In this document: piece by piece, positions 5,430 through 12,708 of the stretch
Position numbering within the stretch: position 1 is the first letter of the stretch
Layout: every line of letters starts with the position of its first letter
Source: Promethearchaeota archaeon
Lineage (GTDB): Archaea; Asgardarchaeota; Odinarchaeia; Odinarchaeales; JBHLKK01
Assembly: GCA_048939465.1 (NCBI GenBank)
Contig: JBHLPL010000045.1
Span: 1 to 14,469 of the forward strand
DNA: 14,469 nucleotides
Direction: 5' to 3'
Notes under the pieces: model-generated
The model's database searches: none
Told to the model about the DNA's origin: nothing
The model's input: only the letters and a program-made list of their open reading frames with translations
Program-made: the position numbers and the translations under genes

Positions 5430-7172
5430 ATGGAAAAAAGATTCGACTCCAAGGTCAGGGTGGTTAGATCAAGGAAGCTTTTTGGTTTGGCAATTCTGGT
5501 AGGTATCCTGAGCGGGGTTGCTGCCATATCATTGGCTTTCTTAATTGACCTTTTCACATTCATTGTTTTTCGTGTTATCGGGGGGGTTGAAGTAGCCGAG
5601 GCACCAGGAATGCCGTCACTCTTTGGATCAATTGATTTTACGCTTTCGGCCCGTCCGCTCCTTTTCGCAATACCTATAATCGCCGGGCTAATCGTAGGCT
5701 ACATCATATATCACATCTCGCCTGAGGTTGAAGGTTCGGGGCTAGATCAGGTAATGACGATTTACCACAACGAAAGAGGTAAGGTGAGAGAGAGGGTCCC
5801 CCTCGTCACAACGCTCTCGTCGGCAATTACAATAGGTGTCGGTGGGAGTGCTGGCAAGGAAGGACCTTCGGCGGAAATAGGCGGCAGTATTGGCTCTATA
5901 GTAGCTGATAAATTCCATTTAACCTCACAGGATCGTGAGATACTTCTACTAACGGGCGCCGCAGCATGCCTAGGAGCAATTTTCAAGTCACCTTTTGGAG
6001 CCGCTCTTTTCATTATTGAAATCTTATATGCAAAAGACTATGAAGTTGAGGCTTTCATTTATTGTGTAATTGCAACCTTCATCTCCTACGGCATATTTAG
6101 CTCAGTATTTGGTTGGGGGCCTCTATTCTCAACACCGACCTACGGTTTCATCCCTCAAGAACTTCCACTATTTGTCCTACTGGGATTGGCATGTGCGCTT
6201 GTTGGCGTCATTTTCATCAAGGTGTTCTTAACACTCAAGAATAGAATATTTAGCTCTTTGCAAATGCCGAAATACCTCAAGCCTGCTGTAGGAATGGTTC
6301 TCATATCGTTATTATTGTTTTTCTTTCCGTACGCTACAGGACCTGGATATGGCCAAATACAAATGGTTATTGATGGGGTACTTCCAGTTTCAATCATCCT
6401 CATGATGATAGTCATGAAGATTCTAAGCACATCATTTACGATTGGCTCCGGGAATAGCGGAGGTGCCTTCGCACCGTCATTGGTAATCGGAGCGTCCATA
6501 GGTGGGATGTTCGGTCTCGGTGCGCAATTGATTTTCCCGATGTCAATAACACAATCAGGCATTTTCGTGGTTATTGGCATGGGAGCGTTCGTTTCAGCGA
6601 TAGCCAACGCACCAATCGCGGCCATCATGTTGGTGTCAGAAATGACGGGTAGTTACGCTATACTGCCTGCTGCAATACTGGCCTCAGTAGCCGCTTACAT
6701 AGCAGCTCTCAAGTGGTCCCTGTATGAACCGCAACTCCCCGATAGAACCTATTCGTACGCCCGCATCCCTACTCTGATGTATGACCTTTTGTCACACGTT
6801 GAAGTGAAGAAGATAATGACCAACAAGTTTCACAAGATTTTAGATGAGGCAAAAATTGTTGATTTGGAGGAGTTGTGCATTTCAACAGGCCAAAAATCCT
6901 TCCCTGTTATGAACAATGAGGGGAACATTATTGGAGTGGTTGGATGCAAGGACATAAGTGAGATATCTAGAGAGAGAAGAGAAACAGAAACTGTTAGAGA
7001 AATAATGAAGACTGATTTTGTATCGGTTTTTGAGAACTTTGACTTAAGAACAGCTTTACACGAACTCATATCAATGGATTTGTCGCAGATTCCGGTTCTG
7101 GATTCAAGGAATCGTCAGAAGTTGCTGGGTGTAGTAAGGCGAGCTGATATCGAGAAGATAATGGAGTTATAG
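5430..7172 (+). CDS. CLC-family chloride transporter (probably Cl-/H+ antiporter) with tandem CBS domains, 580 aa
   Basis: GSGLD (GSGIP-like), GKEGP with the gating Glu, FIIEIL with the internal Glu, GGAFAPS and SLYEPQL (central Tyr). C-terminal CBS pair: VKKIMT...FPVMN...VREIMK...IPVLD...LGVVRRADI. Confidence 0.93.
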   Translation: MEKRFDSKVRVVRSRKLFGLAILVGILSGVAAISLAFLIDLFTFIVFRVIGGVEVAEAPGMPSLFGSIDFTLSARPLLFAIPIIAGLIVGYIIYHISPEVEGSGLDQVMTIYHNERGKVRERVPLVTTLSSAITIGVGGSAGKEGPSAEIGGSIGSIVADKFHLTSQDREILLLTGAAACLGAIFKSPFGAALFIIEILYAKDYEVEAFIYCVIATFISYGIFSSVFGWGPLFSTPTYGFIPQELPLFVLLGLACALVGVIFIKVFLTLKNRIFSSLQMPKYLKPAVGMVLISLLLFFFPYATGPGYGQIQMVIDGVLPVSIILMMIVMKILSTSFTIGSGNSGGAFAPSLVIGASIGGMFGLGAQLIFPMSITQSGIFVVIGMGAFVSAIANAPIAAIMLVSEMTGSYAILPAAILASVAAYIAALKWSLYEPQLPDRTYSYARIPTLMYDLLSHVEVKKIMTNKFHKILDEAKIVDLEELCISTGQKSFPVMNNEGNIIGVVGCKDISEISRERRETETVREIMKTDFVSVFENFDLRTALHELISMDLSQIPVLDSRNRQKLLGVVRRADIEKIMEL

Positions 7173-7701
7173 ATCTATCTGCGATTGAAGATGCGAGTAT
7201 CATTCATACCCACATTTCCGAAATCAGTCCTAAGGCCTTTGATCTTACTATCCGGTACGAGAGTCTGTGAACCGCCTTCGCGTTAAGCGTGATTAGAGTT
7301 ACCGATCAATTCCAGAAGGAATAAACACATAGCTGAGAAAGCATCAAAGACCAGCGTCTCAATGAGGTGAGCTTTCTTGTCTCTACTCGAAGTGGTGGTT
7401 ATTGAAACTGAATAGAGCTTCTTCCCTTAATCCAGCCAATAGATATCAAATGGAGCAAAAGTCGGGTCCGGCTCGAGTGGCCATTCAGGATGAGTTGACC
7501 GATCTTGTCTTTGACAACAGAAATCCCCATGGGTTCCTAAGGACGAAGGAAAATACGTCCCCTTTATATCCAAAGGTTCATAATTATGACGGATTTTTAA
7601 TTGTATAGCTAACTGTTTATTATAACTTAATAAGCTAAAAAGGAGACATAAAGCGATCTCGAGAGAATACTTCAACCCACTTCCAGAGCCGGGTGGTAAG
7701 A

Positions 7702-7872
7702 ATGTCCTTAAGCTCGAAAATGAAGTATACATTTATCGCAAACGTAGTTTTCGCTATAATCATGGTAGCTTTATACTTTTTAGGACTCATTCCTCTAGGA
7801 GCACTGATCTTTGGCTTGATTGCAGGCTTCACAATCGTCGCTTTCAATTACATAGCGCTAAGACGCGTGTAA
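7702..7872 (+). CDS. Small two-TM membrane protein, 56 aa (MSLSSKMKYTFIANVVFAIIMVALYFLGLIPLGALIFGLIAGFTIVAFNYIALRRV)
   Basis: Translated by hand. GGGTGGT RBS before ATG 7702, TAA 7870-7872. Helical hairpin with basic termini. The listed minus ORF 7635-7847 is its antisense shadow. Confidence 0.75.
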   Translation: MSLSSKMKYTFIANVVFAIIMVALYFLGLIPLGALIFGLIAGFTIVAFNYIALRRV

Positions 7873-7934
7873 ATCGATAGTTACAGTAGCTGTTCGCTTC
7901 CCCGCCCGAGAAGTTCAATCTGATTCACTTCCAT

Positions 7935-8531
7935 TCATTTCGAGGTCTTATCAACTCGCTTCATCACTGGAGACAAAGAGTAATAGACGATCGATATTAC
8001 CACAATATTGGCCATAATTGTTCCTAGGACAGCCGTAATGAACGCATCTAGGAGGGTGACTCCCAGAAAAACAACGTATACAACGAGGGAGATGATGAAG
8101 ATGGCTGGTGCAATAATAAAGGATAGCAAAAGCATGGTTTTTCCCAAACCATATTTTTTGGCCAATTTCAATGTAAGACGCCCGGTAATGATGTCCTGGC
8201 GTGTTATAGGTTCGTCCCTTGTCTCCTGAATATACCTTCTCCAGTATTTGCTATCTATCCTAACAGCTTCTGATATGCCCATGATGGCCACGACCAGCGC
8301 TGTTACAAGAAAGAACCAGAGAACAGTAAAGGACCCTAATAGTCCCCCCGCCAGCGCAATCACAAACATCACGAAAACTGCAAAACCGTATAGATGTCCA
8401 GGATCTTGTGTTTTCCGCCACTGATGAAGAATTCCGCCTAGCGAAATGACTATTAGAATGAAACCGACAGAAAGAATCCACAACTCGTCGGCCAAGATTC
8501 TCTGCTCCCGACTGTCTTCTTCCCTTATCAA
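7935..8531 (-). CDS. Hypothetical integral membrane protein (about 5 TM), 198 aa
   Basis: Long ORF with three hydrophobic segments, a charged loop, then two more segments. No family recognised. The TTG start is uncertain. Confidence 0.75.
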   Translation of the reverse strand: MIREEDSREQRILADELWILSVGFILIVISLGGILHQWRKTQDPGHLYGFAVFVMFVIALAGGLLGSFTVLWFFLVTALVVAIMGISEAVRIDSKYWRRYIQETRDEPITRQDIITGRLTLKLAKKYGLGKTMLLLSFIIAPAIFIISLVVYVVFLGVTLLDAFITAVLGTIMANIVVISIVYYSLSPVMKRVDKTSK

Positions 8532-8610
8532 ACCTGAAACAGTAAGTATCTACTTGTCAAGCCCGTTCTCAACGGTCTAAAGCATTGGGCTCCTAAATTG
8601 TACTGCTTTT

Positions 8611-8766
8611 TCATTTCTCCTTCGACATTAGAGCCCAGTAGAAGGCTTGACCCATGGAGTTATAATCGAATTTTTCCAGCACCCATCCGTCTCTCGAGTG
8701 TTTGTTTACTTGATTCTCGATATCCTTGTCTTTTCTTTCTTTTATTAACTTGTACGTTCTTACCAT
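8611..8766 (-). CDS. Small soluble protein, 51 aa, DUF4177/DUF1737-like pattern (MVRTYKLIKERKDKDIENQVNKHSRDGWVLEKFDYNSMGQAFYWALMSKEK)
   Basis: Translated by hand. Strong GGAGTGA RBS, ATG 8766, TGA 8613-8611. It shows the YK...E..VN....GW.L pattern and lies 50 nt downstream of the amidohydrolase on the same strand. Confidence 0.78.
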   Translation of the reverse strand: MVRTYKLIKERKDKDIENQVNKHSRDGWVLEKFDYNSMGQAFYWALMSKEK

Positions 8767-8816
8767 TCTTTTATCACTCCCTCTTTGCAGTCCTCATATA
8801 AGTCAAGGCTGGCTAC

Positions 8817-10364
8817 TTATAAATTTCGGTAGACTATTTTTCCGTCCTGTATTGTCAGGCATACCTTTATTTCTCTAATTCGCTCCGGATTCTCGGATGG
8901 ATCTTCCGATAATACAACAATGTCAGCAAGTTTTCCCCGCTCAATTGAACCTTTTATGTTTTCTTCAAATGAGGCGAAAGCAGCATTTTTCGTATAACAT
9001 TTTATTGCTTCGTGTACTGACATTCTCTGACATAACATTGGTGCGTTCACGGCCCAGTGAATGCCGTATAAAGGGGAGAATGGCATACAGTCTGAGCCAA
9101 AGGCAATTAAACCACCCTTGTCGAGTATTATTCTGAAAGCACTATTCCTCTGGAACCAGGATTCTCCAAGTCTTTGTTCGTACATCTCACCTGGAAGACC
9201 CCATTCTCCTATGAAGTTGGGTTGCATAGATGCGATTATTCGGAGCTCGACTGCTTTCTGTATAGCTTCATCTGAAGCAAGCTCCATATGTTCTATTCTG
9301 TGTCTGTGATCAGCTTTTGGGAAGACCTCTAAGATTCTTTCAAGCGCTTTCACCGTCGATTCTATTGCCCTGTCTCCGATTGCATGGATTGCGAGTTGAA
9401 TTCCGGACTTGTGTGCCAAAGTGACAATCTCTTCGAGCTTATCCTGCTCATAAGTCAGCTTTCCTTTATTGCCAGGATCATCAAGAAATTCGCCCTTTAG
9501 TGCAGCAGTTCTTGAGCCAATTGAACCATCAGAATAGAGTTTAAGCGCTCCAATTCTGAGTCTTTGGTTTCCGAACCCTGTTGAAAGACCGAGTCTAAGA
9601 ATCGGTTCCAAGAGCTTTTCCACAAAGTTAAGATAGACTCTTATCCCCAATTTGCCTTCTCTAAGAGCCGAGAAGTAGGTTTCGATACTGCTGGATGAAA
9701 CAGTATCTTGGATGGAAGTTACTCCATGCCTATGAGCATATTCTGTAGCCTTCTCCAAAGCATTCCTCAGCGTGTGCCGGTCTCTGGGAATAAAGGATCT
9801 TAAATGTTCAGCAGCTTCTTCTTTAAAGACCCCACTCGGCTCTCTGGATTCATCAATCTCGACCCCTCCTTCATTGCTAGGAATATCGATAAGCTTGATG
9901 AAGTGTGTATTGACTGACAACATGTGTCCGTCAATTCTGATAAGGATGATAGGATGGCTTAGACTTATTGAATCTAGGTCTTGTCTCGTGATGTAGCGTC
10001 TTTCAGCCCATTTACTCTCATCCCAATTCGTTCCGATAATCATTTCACCCTTGGGTGTAGTGGACACCCGATCTTTGATTTTCTCAAGTGCCTCGCGGAG
10101 AGATTTTGCGCCTCTTAGATTGACCCTATTGAAGTCCAGTCCCATTTTAATGAAGTGTGTATGAGCATCAATGAACCCCGGCAGAACAACTTTTCCTTCA
10201 AGATTTATCACTTTTGTTGAGCTGCCTATCAGGTCCTCAACTTCCTTGTCTGTACCAACAAAAGCTATTCCGTTCCCGGAGATAGCAACTGCCTCAGCAC
10301 GACTATCTTCATTATCAAAAGTAATAACCTTGCCATTTATGAGAGCCAGATCTGCTTCTTTCAA
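8817..10364 (-). CDS. YtcJ-like metal-dependent amidohydrolase (amidohydrolase_3), about 515 aa
   Basis: PGFIDAHTH, KLYSDGSIGSRT, HAIGDRA, HRIEH, FGSD and GSIERGKLADIVVL. Start moved to TTG 10364 behind a GGGGGA RBS, because the ORF-track start 10463 lies inside the mini-element right end. Confidence 0.92.
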   Translation of the reverse strand: MKEADLALINGKVITFDNEDSRAEAVAISGNGIAFVGTDKEVEDLIGSSTKVINLEGKVVLPGFIDAHTHFIKMGLDFNRVNLRGAKSLREALEKIKDRVSTTPKGEMIIGTNWDESKWAERRYITRQDLDSISLSHPIILIRIDGHMLSVNTHFIKLIDIPSNEGGVEIDESREPSGVFKEEAAEHLRSFIPRDRHTLRNALEKATEYAHRHGVTSIQDTVSSSSIETYFSALREGKLGIRVYLNFVEKLLEPILRLGLSTGFGNQRLRIGALKLYSDGSIGSRTAALKGEFLDDPGNKGKLTYEQDKLEEIVTLAHKSGIQLAIHAIGDRAIESTVKALERILEVFPKADHRHRIEHMELASDEAIQKAVELRIIASMQPNFIGEWGLPGEMYEQRLGESWFQRNSAFRIILDKGGLIAFGSDCMPFSPLYGIHWAVNAPMLCQRMSVHEAIKCYTKNAAFASFEENIKGSIERGKLADIVVLSEDPSENPERIREIKVCLTIQDGKIVYRNL

Positions 10365-10439
10365 TACGGTCCCCCAATTGCACAAGAGTAATTGAAGATG
10401 GATTATGCAAGAACGGTTTAATAACGGTTGAGTATCAAG

Positions 10440-10705
10440 GTGAACTACTCCCAGCTTTTGCAACGGGGTTCCTCCCTCTTCCCCGCATGAGTCTGAAGAC
10501 GCTTTGGCTTCAAAGAGGGGAGCTTTCTGTGCCCCGAATTCATAACTGAGCAGGAAGTAGTTGGTTTCTGGGCCGGTTCACTCTAGTTGTGCCACAGGCA
10601 CGGGACGGTTCTGTCAAGCAGGATATACGCGTAAGGCCTGCGCCCCCAGACTAGGTTTTGTTCTCATGCCGCTGACCAGCCTTCCTCTCGAAGAGAGCAT
10701 CTTAC
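10440..10705 (-). ncRNA. Putative structured guide-scaffold RNA (TnpB reRNA/omegaRNA-like) inside mini-element 2
   Basis: Internal TATA-like TTTAAAAG (10736-10729). Stems: CTCTC-TTC-GAGAG, GTGCC-TGT-GGCAC, CTTTG-AAGC-CAAAG and CCCTCTT/AAGAGGG. An internal GTGAAC (10581-10576) is complementary to the terminal GTTCAC. The 5' end is estimated. Confidence 0.5.
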
Positions 10706-10789
10706 CCAAACCTTAAATTACCAGAGGACTTTTAAACACGACTCAACTCGTCTCCTCCCTCTCGGACGGGGTCTTCCTGCGGAAAAGAG
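10440..10789 (-). mobile_element. Non-autonomous IS200/IS605-family mini-element, about 350 bp, no protein gene
   Basis: Minus strand reads TTTAT (10794-10790, TAM-like) | CTCTTTTCCGCAGGAAGACCCCGTCC-GAGA-GGGAGGAG (left-end hairpin) ... GAACCCCGTTGCAAAAGCTGGGAGTAGTTCAC (right end, TTCAC terminus at 10440). No target-site duplication. The interior is GC-richer than the flanking intergenic DNA and contains many hairpins. Confidence 0.8.
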
Positions 10790-10831
10790 ATAAAAGATAA
10801 TGAATCAACCTAGATGTGAGATGCTGGGAAA

Positions 10832-11146
10832 ATGCACTTAGAAGAAATGAAGAAAAAAATAGAAGAACTCGTGCTAGAAAAGGGCTTTTACAACCGTCCT
10901 GAAGACATACCTAAGAAGTTACTTTTCGCTTTCATAGAGCTGGGCGAAGCAAGTGACGCTTGGAAGAAGGGCGAACCAGACAGCAAAATCGCGGAAGAGC
11001 TTATTGACGTAATATTCTACATTTTGGATGCGAGCAGACTGGCGTGTCCCTCGGTTAACATGGACGAAATGTTCCTTTATAAGCTGGAAAAGAACAGAAA
11101 GAGAGAATATCAGTACGGTGAGGGGCACAGGAAAAGACCTGAATGA
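10832..11146 (+). CDS. MazG-like nucleotide pyrophosphohydrolase, 104 aa
   Basis: IELGEASDAWKK...AEELIDVIFY (ExxE...EExxD metal ligands) and a C-terminal EKNRKREY. Confidence 0.88.
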   Translation: MHLEEMKKKIEELVLEKGFYNRPEDIPKKLLFAFIELGEASDAWKKGEPDSKIAEELIDVIFYILDASRLACPSVNMDEMFLYKLEKNRKREYQYGEGHRKRPE

Positions 11147-11233
11147 GCTTTTCGCTTAACATCCGTATTTCCGCGTCGTAGTGATGTGCAGCAATCCACT
11201 TCTGGTTTGGTAGGTAGGCAAATAGGTTTAGAT

Positions 11234-12688
11234 CTAACCCTCAGTCTTATGAAAACGGTATCTTTCCAGATAGAAATCAATCTTTCCCAAAGAGTCCACT
11301 TCAAACCATACTGATCTCTTCTCTCCTGCTTCAGACACAATGTAGAATTTGAAATCCTCTATTCTTTTGGTTTCCGGAATCAGAGGGGTGCTAGTCTGAA
11401 TGAGTTTATCCCTAGGTTCCAAGAACAGCAGAGGCCCTCTTTTCACTATTGATATCCTAAGTGCACCCCTGTATGTTTTGTATTCGCCTGGCAGCATATT
11501 GAGTTTCTCGTCTATCTCGAAGAATGGAATTTCCTTTTCAGGATCCCTGCCCATTAAGGAGGCCAAGCCACCCAGAAGCTGTAAATTTGGGCTCCTCCCT
11601 GCATTCGCAGCTTCCACGACTCCAATTTTTAGTTCTGGCACAAACGATATGTGAGCGCTTGAAACTCCGATAGAGCCTCCATGAATAACAAGTTTGCATC
11701 CTAAGAAATCATCCAATATTGCCCATCCGTAGCCGTATCCTTCCCTCCCGAAGGGCCCGTAGCGGCTACGGAACATGTCTGTTTCAATGTGGATCTTCTT
11801 CATTTCCTCAAGCAAAGACGGTTTGAGTATCGTCTTTTCCCCAAATACGCCATTCATACTAAACATCAGATAGTTTGACAGTTCCATTACCGAGCTCAGT
11901 AATCCCCCTGGTGCATACTTTAGCCTGTGTGAGGGGAGCTTCGTCGGCGTCGCAACTATGTTCTCATTCTCTGCTTCCAAGAAATAGGGAGTCATTATGT
12001 CTGGGTCTTTCTCAAATTCATCTTTCAGAAATGTGGACCTGCTCATTTTTAGAGGCTTCAAGATATTCTTTCTAACGTAGTCTTCATAAGCCATTCTACT
12101 GACTCTTTCAATAACCTCTCCAAGAAGCGTGTAGCCTGAGTTGAAGTAGAAGAATCTTTTTCCCGGTTCACTCGCAACTTCTTCAGATGCGCCGCTGAGG
12201 TGTAACAGTAAGTCATCCAAATTGCTCAGTGGAATCCATTTATCTTCAATTCCGGTCATCCGGTATATGATTATCTCCGCTACTGCGAGGCTCGGTATTC
12301 CAGAAGAGTGAGTCAAGAGATGATGTATTGTGATGTCATCGTCTTCTTTTCCTAGTCTCACGGGGATGTGTTTGCTGATGGGGTCCGTCAATTCCAGTTT
12401 TTCCTGTTCGACAAGCTGCATTATTGCCAGCGCTGTGAATGATTTTGTACACGAGCCTATCCCGTATAATGTATTAGGCGTGGCTGGAAGGTTTAATTCT
12501 TTGTTTCTTGCTCCGAATCCCCTAGCATATACGATCCGATCGTCTTTCACAAATGCAACACTCAATCCTGGTATTCGACCTTCAGTCATCGATTTACTAA
12601 TCATATTCTCAAATTTCTCTTTGAATCCGTCTGGCAATTGAGATGGTATCGCTATCACCTCACGAACATTCAAGATTTCGTTTTTCAA
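11234..12688 (-). CDS. Serine hydrolase of the class C beta-lactamase/DD-peptidase fold with a C-terminal beta domain (Pab87/CubicO-like peptidase)
   Basis: GSCTKS (SxxK), FYFNSGY (YxN), LLTHSSG, PGGLLSS and IHGGS, plus a C-terminal extension of about 90 aa. The start codon is uncertain (TTG 12688, ATA 12649 or TTG 12637). Confidence 0.9.
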   Translation of the reverse strand: MKNEILNVREVIAIPSQLPDGFKEKFENMISKSMTEGRIPGLSVAFVKDDRIVYARGFGARNKELNLPATPNTLYGIGSCTKSFTALAIMQLVEQEKLELTDPISKHIPVRLGKEDDDITIHHLLTHSSGIPSLAVAEIIIYRMTGIEDKWIPLSNLDDLLLHLSGASEEVASEPGKRFFYFNSGYTLLGEVIERVSRMAYEDYVRKNILKPLKMSRSTFLKDEFEKDPDIMTPYFLEAENENIVATPTKLPSHRLKYAPGGLLSSVMELSNYLMFSMNGVFGEKTILKPSLLEEMKKIHIETDMFRSRYGPFGREGYGYGWAILDDFLGCKLVIHGGSIGVSSAHISFVPELKIGVVEAANAGRSPNLQLLGGLASLMGRDPEKEIPFFEIDEKLNMLPGEYKTYRGALRISIVKRGPLLFLEPRDKLIQTSTPLIPETKRIEDFKFYIVSEAGEKRSVWFEVDSLGKIDFYLERYRFHKTEG

Positions 12689-12708
12689 AACATTATCGGA
12701 GTGTCTAT

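Noticed and set aside
7267-7347. Possible third IS200/IS605 relic (minus strand TTGAT|GCTTTCTCAGC...GGCGGTTCAC)
   Set aside because: It has a TAM-like pentamer, a short CTCAGC similarity to element 1 and a GTTCAC, but no left-end hairpin and only a 3-bp stem at the right. It is too short to distinguish from chance.
7173-7640. Roughly 470-nt gap after the CLC gene, with short ORFs (7402-7608 +, 7427-7732 -, and a 43-codon minus frame 7399-7530) and an orphan GAGGTGA at 7364-7370
   Set aside because: No frame has a recognisable motif or a convincing RBS-start-length combination. It may be a decayed gene, but this cannot be supported without homology searches.
7635-7847. ORF-track minus ORF MKATIVKPAIKPK...
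   Set aside because: Its K/I/A/T-rich composition is the antisense image of the hydrophobic + strand gene 7702-7872.
9886-9896. TCGAT-AAGCTT in the amidohydrolase resembling TAM plus guide seed of element 1
   Set aside because: The TAM is mismatched and only 6 guide nucleotides match, which is chance level.
10365-10463. N-terminal extension of the amidohydrolase ORF (MQKLGVVHLD...)
   Set aside because: The TTG lies in the right-end hairpin of mini-element 2, and family similarity begins only at LKEADLALING.
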